A program made the position numbers and the translations under genes. The notes beneath the pieces were generated by a model. That model worked only from the letters and a program-made list of their open reading frames with translations, was not told where the DNA came from and did not search any database. Below, piece by piece: positions 11,501 to 23,958 of a stretch of 64,000 bases of DNA. The stretch's first letter is position 1; every line of letters starts with the position of its first letter. Source of the DNA: Antedon mediterranea (taxonomy: Eukaryota; Animalia; Echinodermata); NCBI RefSeq assembly GCF_964355755.1, contig NC_092672.1, positions 248,001 to 312,000 on the forward strand. The letters run 5' to 3'.

Positions 11501-14500
11501 CCTAAATATCTTGATTTAAAGAAACTCGCATTTAATTTGCCTATTAATTTATTTCGACCAAAATTATTGAAAAAAAAAAAATTGTATTGTTACAGTATCA
11601 TTAAATATTGAAATTATAATTCATTTTAATTATTTTTTTTTTTTTGGTAGAGTGAGGTCTTTGCTATTTTCCAATATATTATTTATTTCATTCTTCCATT
11701 TTTTGTGTTTTGTTTGCTTCAATAAAAGTTACTGTACTGCTCCACCCAAGAAGCATAATGCTGCATTTGAATGCAAAAATAAATGTTATTGATAGAGACA
11801 GTTGAATAACATTTTGTACCTAGGGACAAGTAAAAAACTTGGGTATTTCCTCCTCTAAGGTTGTTTTTAATAGGTATACTGTAATAATAATAGTATATGA
11901 ACCCAAAAGACTGGGTTCAATTTGCTGTAACATGCTTCTCATAAATAACATTTAATCATTCAGTTGATTGTTTATTTCAGTAACTAAATTCTTATGTATT
12001 TGAAAATAACTGCTATTTAGAGTTGTACTGATTTTTATTTAAAAGATTTTTCACTCACCAATTATTGTGGAGTACAGTATTGTAGCTTACAATGCAGCAA
12101 ATGTAAACTATAGAATTGTCAAGATCACTTAAACAAATACTACAAGTACTTTTTGTTAATGGCATGAAGACGTATAGGCCTGTATGTTGGTCGAACAGTT
12201 GCAGCTCCTACAGTAAACTGTCGAACAATCTTCCTAATTCCCTTAGATTAACGCACCTTCAAGTAAAATGTTTATGAATACCCTTTTATTTAGTTCTATT
12301 AACCAAATCATTTATTTCGTGATTCCAAACTCATTATATTTTCAAGCACTTTGAGACAATCTGTTGATATATAGTCAATAGAAAGTCTATGGTTGGTGGT
12401 ATTATATGTGAACATTAGCATTACATGATTTCATAGTGTAGCAAGTTGTAGATCTTGTCAGTCAAATGATAATTTATTGGTCATTTACACCACCAGAGAA
12501 CATAGAAGGTAGTACTAGCAATGGACAACAGCTGGCTGTTATAGTGCCATCATGGTTATTTTATTACAACAACAATACTACAACACTAAATTGAAATAGT
12601 TTTTTGTCTCTATGAAACAAAGTATTGATTTTATAATACTCATTATTCACTGCTAGTTAAGATCATTGTATTCACTACTACATTGTTTACCAACCACAAG
12701 GTTGATGAATAAGATTATACAGCAACATTCATTTTAAATTGATACAGTTAATTTACACAATTATATAATTTGTTTTATTAATTAGTAGAATTTTAATGTT
12801 AACACATACTGTAGTAGACACTGTAGAGAGCATTATTATTTTTATGTTTCCTTTTTAAAAGTTAATTCTTCTGGAAGGTTATGTTATTGTACAGTACTAT
12901 GCTAACCTGTAATTTCCTATGCTTTGTCCTAAGCATGATGGATTTACTGTATGCTTGGATATTTAATGAGAAAAATGTGATTGCACCAGAGACCAGTTCA
13001 CTAATGGCAGTCAGCCATCAGTACTCTGCTTTAATCAATAGTCATTCCCATAACCTTGCTAAAACACTATGTTTTCTACCTACATGAAGCCATTGTGACC
13101 TTTGAACTCTAGCATTGGATGTTGAACATTATAATGTGAAATCATCATCATCATGTACTATAATTGTCTTGCATGATTTGAGTGTAATCATTACTTTACC
13201 AAATGTGGCTACACTAATTTGACAAATCTAATTTGGATAAAAATATACTGTAGCAACTTATATCCTGCTCTGGATAAAACTAGGGAATAATAATTCATTC
13301 GATTCAATAATTCCGTCTTATATTTTTGTAGGGCTGCCCCAGCACCAGCAGCAGGAGGCCCTCCAGCAGGCGGACCAGTACCTAACAAAAAATTGCAACA
13401 AACACAAGCACAGGTTGATGAGGTACGATCTTCATCCATAGAATCTCTAATATGTTTTCAAATGTTCCTTAAAGTGCAAACAACAAATACTGTATTGCAT
13501 GAAAATATCAAAAGTACATTATATTATAATTACAAAATGATATACTGTAAAATTTAAAAACTTTTATTTCTATTTTATCTTTATATATTATTATAAAGAG
13601 TTTGTGAATTGTTTAAAAAAAATCTCTTTAGGTTGTGGATATTATGAGGGTGAACGTGGATAAAGTGCTCGAGAGAGATCAGAAGCTTTCTGAACTTGAT
13701 GATCGTGCAGGTAAGAACAAAACCTCCAAAATTCTAAGCCCTAAGTATAGTTCAGCTTTCTTAAGTCCTGATAAGTACGGCGGGTCCAACTCTCTAAGCC
13801 TGTTAAGTACGATCCAACTTTCTAAGCCCTGATACGGTAGTTGTCATTACAGTAGTGTACCTGGTAATGTTAGCAAAACATTCTACATTATCTAATACCT
13901 GAAACATGTACTTAATAACCAGCTGGTATAAAGTTTATCTATTGGGATCCTGAGACTTCACCACTACTCAAGATATGAAGTCAAAGTGACTTAAGTTTGA
14001 GCAGAGTGATTTGGTTATAGCATAAATTATGAAAATGAGGGTACTAGTAGCTGAACATGTGAATTAGTGACAAATAATCAGAAGGTGTTATAAACAATAC
14101 TACCAGCCAGCATATCATTTACACTTAAATATTATGTTCCCTATTAAAACTTTAGAATTTAGAATTTATATAAATTCAAAGCTGCTAGTTGATAAAATAA
14201 TTTAAAAGCAAAGAACTCCATTTACATGTTTAATTTTTTTTTAATTGTTAAAAAAGGAATATTTCAATTTCAAATAAAATGGTCTTTAAATTTTAAATGT
14301 GATAAGAACAATTCAATTCAGTTTAATTAGATTTTCTATGTAATTTAATAATTCAATTTAACATAATTAGAAACAGTTTTATAAAGTACTGTATCTTGTA
14401 TCAATTAAAGATCCAACATCAATTTAAAAAAGGACAAACTGTAATATTTAATAATACGGTTAATGCTATAAACTACATGCCAACCCACATAGAATTGTAC

Positions 14501-15964
14501 AATACCTCCTACATATTGTGCTACCAGCCACTGATTAGCTTATATCTCTTACTAAGTTCACACTTATATTGTTGATTGTCTTAAATGCCTAATAGTAATA
14601 TAAAATGGCTTCCAAGGAATTTAAAGATCATATTGAGCTGCAACTTCAATTTAGTAAGACACGCCCTTTAGTGATACTGTTTGTCAATTTAGTAAGACAC
14701 GCCCTTTAGTGATACTGTTTGTCAATTTAGTAAGACACGCCCTTTAGTGATACTGTTTGTCAATTTAGTAAGACACGCCCTTTAGTGATACTGTTTGTCA
14801 ATTTAGTAAGACACGCCCTTTAGTGATACTGTTTGTCAATTTAGTAAGACACGCCCTTTAGTGATACTGTTTGTCAATTTAGTAAGACACGCCCTTTAGT
14901 GATACTGTTTGTCAATGAAAGCTGAAAAGTTTCTCCCCTGTGTTTTTTTTGTTATGTTTACTGAAAGGAAAAATAAAATGTGCGTTATTTTGAACAACAC
15001 TGTGAATGATTATTTTTTCAGTGTATAATTTTCTTGTTTGTTAATCATTTGTATGAAGAACACATTTTGTTGTGAACGAGCTTCCGTTTCACAAATGTTA
15101 TTATTGTATGTTGTAGATGCACTTCAGCAAGGGGCATCCCACTTTGAGAAGAATGCTGGGAAATTGAAGAGGAAATACTGGTGGAAGAATTGTAAGATGA
15201 TGATTATTTTAGCTGTAATTGTTATTGTAATCATAATCATCATTGTAGGTAAGTATCAACAAACAATTTAGAATTTTAAACCTTCATAAACTAAACATTA
15301 AGATATCATTTTACACAAATTGCAGTTGATAAAATGGTTGAAACTAAGCTTGCAAAGTTAGCATGCATGCATCTTAGACTTAATCTCATGTGCGGTTGGG
15401 AATACTACTTAATATGAGAGTAAATTAGTTAGAATGTTTACACAAGAAATCTTTACAATTATATGGAATGCTGATGGGTTCAGGGAAGTGAATTATCTGC
15501 TAAAGAAATATGCCCCAATTATTTTCAACAAATTTAATACTTAAAATCATTTTTTTGTTTATACTGCAGCATCCAAAAAGTGGGAAATTACAAAAATAAA
15601 AAAAAAATTGTTCATCTAATTGGTATTCTTTAGTCAAATTAAAAAACCATAAATTTAACAAAAGTGTATGTGCGAACACCTAGTGTGAGCAGAAGAATCA
15701 AGAGTAGGGTTTGCTAAATACAGGGTATTTAGAATAGTGCGAGTCATCCGGGGATCTTAAAAAAAAGTGTGGGTTGTTGTGGAATCTTGAGTGCTTACTT
15801 AACTAATGCTATAGACACTACTGTAGATGATTGAAATAGTTTTGTTTCACTATGGTTCTATTATCATAAGTAGATCATATCAATGCATTATATGTGCAGC
15901 ACCACAAATCACTATATTTTTTGTCTTTCTCTCAACACCTGAAGTCTGGGCGACAGGACAATAA
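5541..15964 (+). CDS. VAMP: Synaptobrevin / vesicle-associated membrane protein (VAMP1/2/3-like R-SNARE)
   Basis: Exons: 5541-5542 (AT of the split start codon, aaaaAT|gtaagt; inferred), 13332-13422 (G+AAPAPAAGG...[12 protein letters not shown]), 13632-13710 ([26 protein letters not shown]), 15117-15248 ([27 protein letters not shown] plus TM), and last exon 15945-15964 (VWATGQ*) or alternatively 16774-16796 (VAIVTST*). Identity of exons 2-4 is clear; first and last exons are less certain. Confidence 0.92.
6626..10186 (+). CDS. Truncated transposon-encoded protein (N-terminal part of an Academ-type transposase), 7 exons
   Basis: Exons 6626-6931, 8078-8312, 8646-8805, 8966-9136, 9267-9335, 9450-9646 and 9891-10186 all join in phase without stops. 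Motifs [35 protein letters not shown]...[12 protein letters not shown]. An out-of-frame acidic C-terminal remnant (CEN...DEYEI*) follows to 10316. Confidence 0.75.
7105..7924. mobile_element. MITE with long TIRs nested in intron 1 of the transposon gene
   Basis: gggat...gttgagccgccgacaagttgagccgcc...atttctatgaaacgcc versus ggcgtttcatagaaat...ggcggctcaacttgtcggcggcccaac...atccc; flanked by a direct 7-bp GGCCTAG (7098-7104, 7925-7931). Confidence 0.75.
10475..10760. repeat. AT-rich minisatellite (aaccatgagaatataa-based, ~27-29-bp units) inside the transposon
   Basis: About 10 recurrences of aaccatgagaatataa. Confidence 0.9.
14647..14915. repeat. 38-bp minisatellite x7 in VAMP intron 3
   Basis: caatttagtaagacacgccctttagtgatactgtttgt, identical copies. 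Confidence 0.95.
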
Positions 15965-16066
15965 GGTGGGTACTAAGTGATCTCACTCAGATGATCACTG
16001 TTGTAGAAGAACTAGAGAAAACAATCATGTTCAAAACTAATTGCATGCAAGCAAAGTTTATTCTTA

Positions 16067-16190
16067 AGCTCTGTCTACACTATCAAACTTTTTGACAAAA
16101 AAGTGTGATATGCCTAAATATGGTTGTGATACATTGACATAATCATGTCCATAGGCACATTACATAAAGTCTGATAGTGTAGACAGAGCT
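16067..16190. mobile_element. PIF/Harbinger-like MITE
   Basis: TIR agctctgtctacactatca / tgatagtgtagacagagct; TTA on both flanks. Confidence 0.8.
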
Positions 16191-18530
16191 TTACTCGGAA
16201 CTTATTTTGAGAACAAATGAAGATCATGTTTTTAGATTTCTTATCTATTTCTTCTATGATGCTGATTTTTCTGACACATCCATCTGCTTATTGTTTTGCA
16301 TGCTTTTTGTTGTAAATATTATTTGTTTGTATTGATTTTAGTACATTATACATTAATTAATCTTATGCACTTAGTTATATTCAATTGTTTTGTTTATCTT
16401 TTGTAACCATACCCATATCTTTTGTAAGTATCATCATGTCCATTACTATTGTATGTGTGTGAACTAGAGGAATTTGATACCAATCATTGTTGTGAGACAT
16501 TGACATTAAACAGTACATTCAAATTGAATAAAGCTGTTAAATGTTAATGTGATCTTAATGTTGATGTTTTTAAACGATGCATTTTGGTAGGATTATTAGA
16601 GTACAGTAGTAAATAAAGCCAGTGTTAAGATATGTACATGTTGTGTTTCCTTGCTCCTTACCCTTTTTGTAGAGTTTTTTCACTTTTTCTGCATTTTACT
16701 TTTCATTTTTTCTCTTTAATTTACATTTTGTTAAATAGAAATCTATTTTTATGCAACTTTTTATCTTTTTCAGTTGCGATTGTTACCAGTACATAGAACT
16801 GACTCTTTCAGTTGAGATTGTCATCAGTACATAGAACTTTCTGTTGTTAGAGATTCAAGACAGCAGATATTGTGGAGTAAAGAATATACTACCAAACAGA
16901 CGGTGAATCTATGTTGGAGCGTCAAATAGGAAACTATTATATCTTGTATATTTATGAAACTATCAATTATGCATATGTAAAATATTATAGTAAACTGCTG
17001 TGTTAACATAAAGATTTAAATAGTACATTAACAACACCTGTATGTAAATGTGTGTTAATTTCCTTCATTGATTATTCATTTGAATACTAGGACTAATGTA
17101 TTACTAAGTAGGTTTTTTCCCTTATTTTCATTTTTTATTTAAAATGAATGTTTATTAATTATGTTAATAAACATAATAGTTAATTATACCCATAGTTTGT
17201 ATACATGTATAGTATTTGTTTCTGTGGCTGTATCGTGGTTATAATCTAACAACAGTATCTCACCACTAGATTTACAAATTCAATATTTTATCCATTTTTT
17301 TAACTGCACAAAGGTAAGTGTTTCAGAATAGTGACAACAAAATACTTTGACAAATTAAATTATTTGAACAAATTTATAAATGTATATTTCCATAGAAAAA
17401 AAATATGGTGATTTATTTGTCAGTTAGAAATAATAAATTCTCAAATTGGATTTTAATTTGTACAGATAAATTAAATTGAAACAAATTATCTTTGGGCTTT
17501 CAGTAAACAGTTAAAATGATGATTACTTTTACAACTCTTGTCCAAATTCAATATTATGTGCAATTATATAAAAAATGATAGTTTCTGTCAAAAAATGATC
17601 TCAATTACACATATTTCCACCGACATTTTGATGAGCTGCAATTTGCAGTGTGGACACACCCTAACCCCACGTGCTACGGTAGTGACATACGGTAGTGACA
17701 ACCTAAAGGGGGTGTGCTTGTTTACATTTTGAATTCAGTTCATAAATACTAAGTAATATTAAATGTATTCTAGCCTATTTAAGATAGTGTAACCACCATT
17801 GTTTCTTTGCGAATTGTATTTAATAATTATTGTCTAACCATGTTGTTTAGCAAATTGGACAAAATAGCATGATAGCTTAATGCAAATAGGTGTTTAGGTG
17901 ATTTTAGTTGTGAAGCTTCAGAAAAATGTTACATTTACTCAATTTCAACTTGTTTAAACATGGAGTACCATAAGGGGTGTTACTCGCAGGATACCAAAAT
18001 GGAAACTTATTTACTATAGCTTATTGTAGGGGAAACTTGCTTAATCAAGGTATAGAGAACTTGTTTACACGTGGACTACCAAATGGGGAACTCTATTTAC
18101 TATAGCTTATTGTAAGAGAGGAACAATTTTACTCTTTTCCTAAAATAAGGTGAGACGCCTTAATGCCTCTCATGGTGTACATGTTGAGAACTGGAGCAAT
18201 ATATAATTACATGTAATTTATGAATGTCTAAATTTAGAAGTGTATGTATAAGTTTTGTCTCCAGAATGTATTGCAGGTACTTTAGTTGTTAAATAAATTA
18301 AACTTATACCATTTATTGTAAGCATGTTGGTTGGGGAGAGAGAGAGAAGTACATTATTTGTTTATCTCTGTTGTTATTTACATATAAAATGTCACATGTA
18401 GTATTGCGTCGCTTTAGATTTCTTGCTCGTTAAAACTCGTACTTTAATATAGCAAGTAGTCATCTCTGTCAGTTTGTAGATTGTTTACATAATTCTGCTT
18501 GCAGAATTGCTGCCTTTCTTAGATATCTCA

Positions 18531-18671
18531 AGCTTGGTTCCCACTAGCTACGCAACGTAAGTGAATTGACCAATCACAAGCGGTGGATTAATTGAACAGT
18601 TGCTTGTAATTGGTCAACTCGCTTGTGTTGCGCGTACGTCCTTGCGTTGCGTCTCTAGTGGAAACCACGCT
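18531..18671. mobile_element. Hairpin MITE (same family as 3289-3681)
   Basis: agcttggttcccactagctacgcaacg ... cgttgcgtctctagtggaaaccacgct. Confidence 0.75.
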
Positions 18672-20274
18672 CAAGTATGGATATCTTTTGTTTGTAGAAT
18701 GGTATAATGGGATGAATGTTTTTTTCCATCTGTGATGGACGTGATATTTTTAATGGATGTTTATATCCATCTGATCAGATGTAGAGGTCAAAAGTCAAGT
18801 CAAAACGAGTATTGTAAATTTTCGTTGGTAGATATGAATTTTATACAAACTTCATTTTCCAAAATAAGAAACTGTTATAATTGTTTTCACCTAACACATT
18901 ACTGCTTTCTCTGTGATCATTTGGTCACAGTGTGTATATGATGCGTAGATTATTATAAGTTTATAATTAACACTGGGTACGCCTAGGTACACGCCTACTG
19001 CAAAAAAAAAAAAAACCTTTTTGTCATGTTTTACAATACCTTGTTGTGATATCTTTCACAGAAAGTTGACGTATGCTTATCGTTCGCATAGCGTGGTAAT
19101 TCATAGTTTTTCCAGCTATTATTACTAATCAAATGTATTATGTCTAACATTTTCTACTGAAATTGCATGATGGGAACAACCTTTAAACATCGTAACATTT
19201 GTCCCTCCAACTTAGTGGCTGTGCTTCGCAGTCTACTTTGGTTCTCTACCATTTAAACGAATGTTGACGTCCATTAAGCGTTGCTCAACGAAGTTAGGCG
19301 CACTTAGTTGAAGGAAGACGGTTGTATGTTGACGTCCATTAAGCGTTGCTCAACGTAGTTAGGCGCACTTAGTTGAAGGAAGACGGTTGTATGTTTCTAC
19401 TGTAGTAAGCATGCTAACAAACATTCCGTTGACCATTCCAAGTAATGTCATACAAAGTATTCTATTATCTAAGCCATGTTTGTACTTTCCCTGTTGTTTA
19501 TGAGGTTTATAAACGATTTCCTTCATCGTCCTTGATGTTGATGTAGTTTAGATAATAGACAGAGTACATGATTGTTCACTGATAGATACCGTTTATCTAG
19601 CTTTTAATTATCTGTCACATCGTATATATTGTATTTACAGTAAATAATTATATCCTATATGTTAACATTATAGGTCATTGTGATTCTGTTGTTTTTTTGT
19701 CCTACGCATTTTGTAGGCCTATGTTGTGACTTATCGAACGCATACGAATAGAATAGAAGTCTATTGTAGTTTCACTAGATATTATTACCGTTCTTGAATG
19801 AGAAAATATATATTGTGTATATATAAATATATTATATATACATACAGTACTGTATATTATTATGATACCATTCATAAACTTGGTTATCTGAAGGAAAAAT
19901 TGGTTTGAGTCGTCCTAACAATCTGGATGTCCAAACCATGTTATAACCTTGATAGTACACGATACGAACGGTTTGTATCTAGAGGCATGCGGCACAGGAA
20001 TGATGTGTTCTATTATGTTGTTATGAGGGTACCTCTAGTAGTATATCAGTTATTGAATGTACACGGTGCAATTAATAAACAGTCATCATAACATGCTTTG
20101 TCTGTAATTAACTGAAAGTACAACTTATTAGTTTAAATATACGTGATCTATGTGATCTGAAGTTTTTGACAACGTATTCTGCTGGTGGATCACATGTAGG
20201 CCTACTCCATGTGATCTGAAGTCTTTGACAACGTATTCTGTTGATGTATGTAGGCTAACTAAATAATTGAATAC

Positions 20275-22238
20275 ATCATTCGATCTAGCTGGTGATACCA
20301 TACAAACGTCTCCATTATAATTCCCGGCAGCTGCCACGCCAATAAACTGTGCTTTTGCCAATCTTGCCATAGCTTCTTCAACGATGTTTGAGGGTGCTGA
20401 ACTTCCAAATGACATTGATACAACACCTGGCTCTCCATTGTTCAAAATATAATTGATAGCTTGACGGAAAATAATAATTTGTTTATTTTCTCGAATTTTT
20501 TGGTCGCATCCCTCTACTTAATCAAATATGCAAGATAACTGTTTCTACTTTTACGGTCGTTATAAGGCGTTTCTATTAGGCCTATATCAGATTATGCCCA
20601 GAGAATTTCCATAATAAATTGTGTAAACTTATGACTACACGAGAGACAAATTACACCAGTTCGCACATAATACTTGTGTATATTTTATACTGACTCTGAA
20701 TTATATCAAATGATGTCGTTACGTTTCCAGGACAACTAAACACGCGCACACTACGTAAAGTTACCCCCCCCCCCCCCCCCCCGGTGCAACTCCGTAATTA
20801 TCGGCACCAACTGTTCCAGCAACATGTGTCCCGTGTGACCAAAGCAATCCTCACCCTTAACATGAAAATGCAAAATATAACATGTATCTCGAATATATCA
20901 TCCATCACAATCGATTATAAGAAAGAACAAAATTCGTACCTCACCAGTTTTTACTTCGTGCCAGTTCACAGCTCTTCCACCAAATTCAACATGATCAGTT
21001 CGGATACCAGTTTTTACTTCGTGCCAGTTCACAGCTCTGCCACCAAGTTCAACATGATTAGTTCGGATACCAGTATCTACAACATACACGATTACGCCAC
21101 TTCCATTCCCTTTATAATAAGTTCAATGTTTTTAATATTAATATAATGGTAATGACCGATTATGTAGCTAGGCCTACCAGGCCATATACTTACCCGTCGA
21201 TAGATATGTATTGTCGAGTGGTAGCTCACGCTGATCGATACGGTCTAAACCCCATACATTCGTGCTCGTTTGCATTCCAATTTATTATTTCTTGTTCTAC
21301 GTATCTCACATCATTCATTTGGCTAACAAAAACAAATAACAAAAGTTATTATTCTTGGCACACGCCCCTTAAACAGTTTTTGTTGGTATTATGATCTTAA
21401 TGCACCGACAAAATGGTTATGAATGATCCTCTATGATTTAATGTAATACCGATTTAATTTCAAGACATTTTATTGGTCCACTTTAAAATGGATATTTGTT
21501 TTGTTTGGCATAATTAAGGCGATAAAACAACAAAGTAAAATACAAAAGAAAATGTTAAAATAAAATACAAAAAAAAATAAGGTTTTGTGATGAAACGACA
21601 ACATTTTTTACATATTAGCATAATTATACAAAACCATACGTTATACCGTAACAAGCAAAGACATTCCTTGATTTAATTACCATATTCAACTGTTCACCAT
21701 CAAGATCGCACAAGACCGCTGGTATTCCGTCTTTTGTGTGTAGTGCTTTCTTAGGAGTCATCTTTTTACCGTCAGATGTCTTCATCTCACTCATTTTTCT
21801 CATAACATCTGTTAGATCGACATCATCCTAAAAGAAAGTTGGTTTTGTAAATTGTGTTATGTATCACATACTTTAAAAAGCTACTAAATACAGTACTACC
21901 ATGGAGGTATTTTTTATACCTCCATGGTACTACTAAATTTAACAAGTGCGGATCTCTAACAAAATGGTTACTTACGTCACATACTACGACAAACGTTCGG
22001 GATTCACGTGAATTTGGAATAGCATTGCCGTAAACATAAAGTTTCGGACATTTCAGTTTTGGTTCATGCCCCGACAAAAGACACGCTAAGGTAAGCCTCA
22101 ACATTATCAACACAGTTGATAATAAAGACACGCTAAGGTAGGCCTCAACATTATCAACACAGTTGAAACAAAAGACACGCTAAGGTAGGCCTCAACATTA
22201 TCAACACAGTTGATAGGGCCTACAACCACAATATTCAT
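20275..22238 (-). pseudogene. Proteinase K/aqualysin-like subtilase (S8A) with I9 propeptide; disrupted
   Basis: Exon remnants: 22238-21976 (signal/propeptide), ~21827-21683, ~21322-21194 (VRYVEQ / WGLDRIDQRELPLD), ~21109-20940 (GSGVIVYVVDTGI, catalytic Asp), ~20855-20694 (GEDCFGH / GTHVAGTVG...GVAP, catalytic His), 20459-20275 (VVSMSFG...AAAGN...SPA). Frameshifts lie between VEQ and WGLDR, inside GHGTH (extra AC), and at the 19-C run. No GTSMA catalytic Ser exon was found. A possible last-exon remnant lies at ~19233-19395. Confidence 0.8.
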
Positions 22239-22639
22239 TTTCTTAAAAGTGAATATTATTAGTGTCTCTGACGTTTCTTCTCAGAACTAAGAATGGAAAG
22301 TATCGATAGAGAATTTGTTTCCTAATTTAAAGTATTTTCGCAAACATTGGTTATACAATTCAACCTTTCCTCTTATTGCATTGCGCAGAACACATGTGTT
22401 CAATTCCAGGTGTTCGTTGAAACGCCATCTATCGACAGGCTGTCTATTGACCATACAACATGGGACCATGGCAAATAATTCAATTTGGTTCATAATTATG
22501 ACAAATTCATTCTGTTGAATCTTGAAATAATTTCATTCGGCATCCCAATTAATAATTTTCTTGAGAATGCAAAACTACAGCCCGTTTGTGAAAACGTAGT
22601 GGTAAAGTAGGCCTACTTGCTTCTGTGATCCGGGAACAA

Positions 22640-22797
22640 ACCACGGTTTTAAAATTTAAAAAAGCCCTCAAAACACATCTATTTCCTAAGAAGTGACTCA
22701 TTGTTGGGTGTGCTGATGTAAAGCGCTTTGATCATTTTATACTAATTTGGAAAAGCGCTATAGGCCTAATAAATAAAATAATAATAATAATAATAAT
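22640..22797 (+). mobile_element. 3' end of an L2/CR1-type LINE
   Basis: Encodes FKKALKTHLFPKK*, followed by aagcgct...aagcgctat and an (AAT)n tail. Confidence 0.7.
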
Positions 22798-23958
22798 ACT
22801 AAATGTCTTTATTGGGCTGTATTTTCACGCTGCTGCTCTAGCCCGCTTAATCAGAAGCTAAAGCAAGCAGCAGTTATAGTTATAGGACGGCAGTTTTGCG
22901 AAAATGGAAACTCCACTATAATTTATTGATTCCAGCTGCTACAGTAGACCCAAAAAAACGTCTGGGAAAAGAGTCTATTAGGACATATGTCATGCTATAA
23001 TTACAAATCCCAAAGCATTTCTGGTATATTCACTGTCAGATATTCATTGAATTATTATCGAAACAGTCCATTAAAGTTTGTGTTTGTAATAGGATACTTC
23101 ACACTTGAAATATCTAGGGCGATGAAGTGACCCCCAGACTTGACCTAAAAGTGACAGAAATTGAGTATTCACTTCTGTAACCAAAAAATAATATTTATTC
23201 ACATACAAATAAAAAGAGAAAAGAAACCCAAAAACCATTGTCTGACAGACAATTTAAGTATTTGTTGCTTTTTAAATTACTTTTTTCAGGTAAAATAACT
23301 ATTATGACTGTGACAACAAAATGATGACACATTCAAAAACATTTGAAATAAAAAATATTTTTCAATAAGCGAGCAGCGTTTTTTGTAAGAAATATTTCTT
23401 GTTTTACTCATGCATTGTCAAACTTTTCTGGATTTTTTTTCCGGTAAAAAAATATCGTGTGCTATAACATGGGCAGTACGGAAAATTCATGATTGTCTAA
23501 ATTTTGTGTACATCGCCCTCATGAGGTATCAATAATTTTTTTTTTTCGTCATGCAATTTATGTTTACCCATAGAGGGCGTATTACTTTGTTTACTTTTTG
23601 TTAGTTCACGTTGTTTGTGTTGTTTTAAAATAAATTCGAAGATTTAATCTAATCTGATTAGGCCTAGGCTGCGCTAGTAGTATCAGGCGTAGCCTAGTAG
23701 GATCGTAGGATCACTCTTGTGTTACTAAGTATATGAAGTTTGTGGGAAAAGAAAAAAGTAATAAGGTCTGATCATCAGGCCAGCCGAGTATACGATATAG
23801 TATAGACTTTAGATTAGTTTTTAGGCTACAACAGAGAGAGGAGAGAGCAGCAGCAGTAGAGAGAGTGTTTGGGTCGAGCGCTTAACTAGCTAGGCCTACT
23901 AAACTAGGCCTACTAGAGGTTAGTAGAGGCTTTATTTAAAGAATGTGAATTAAATAAT

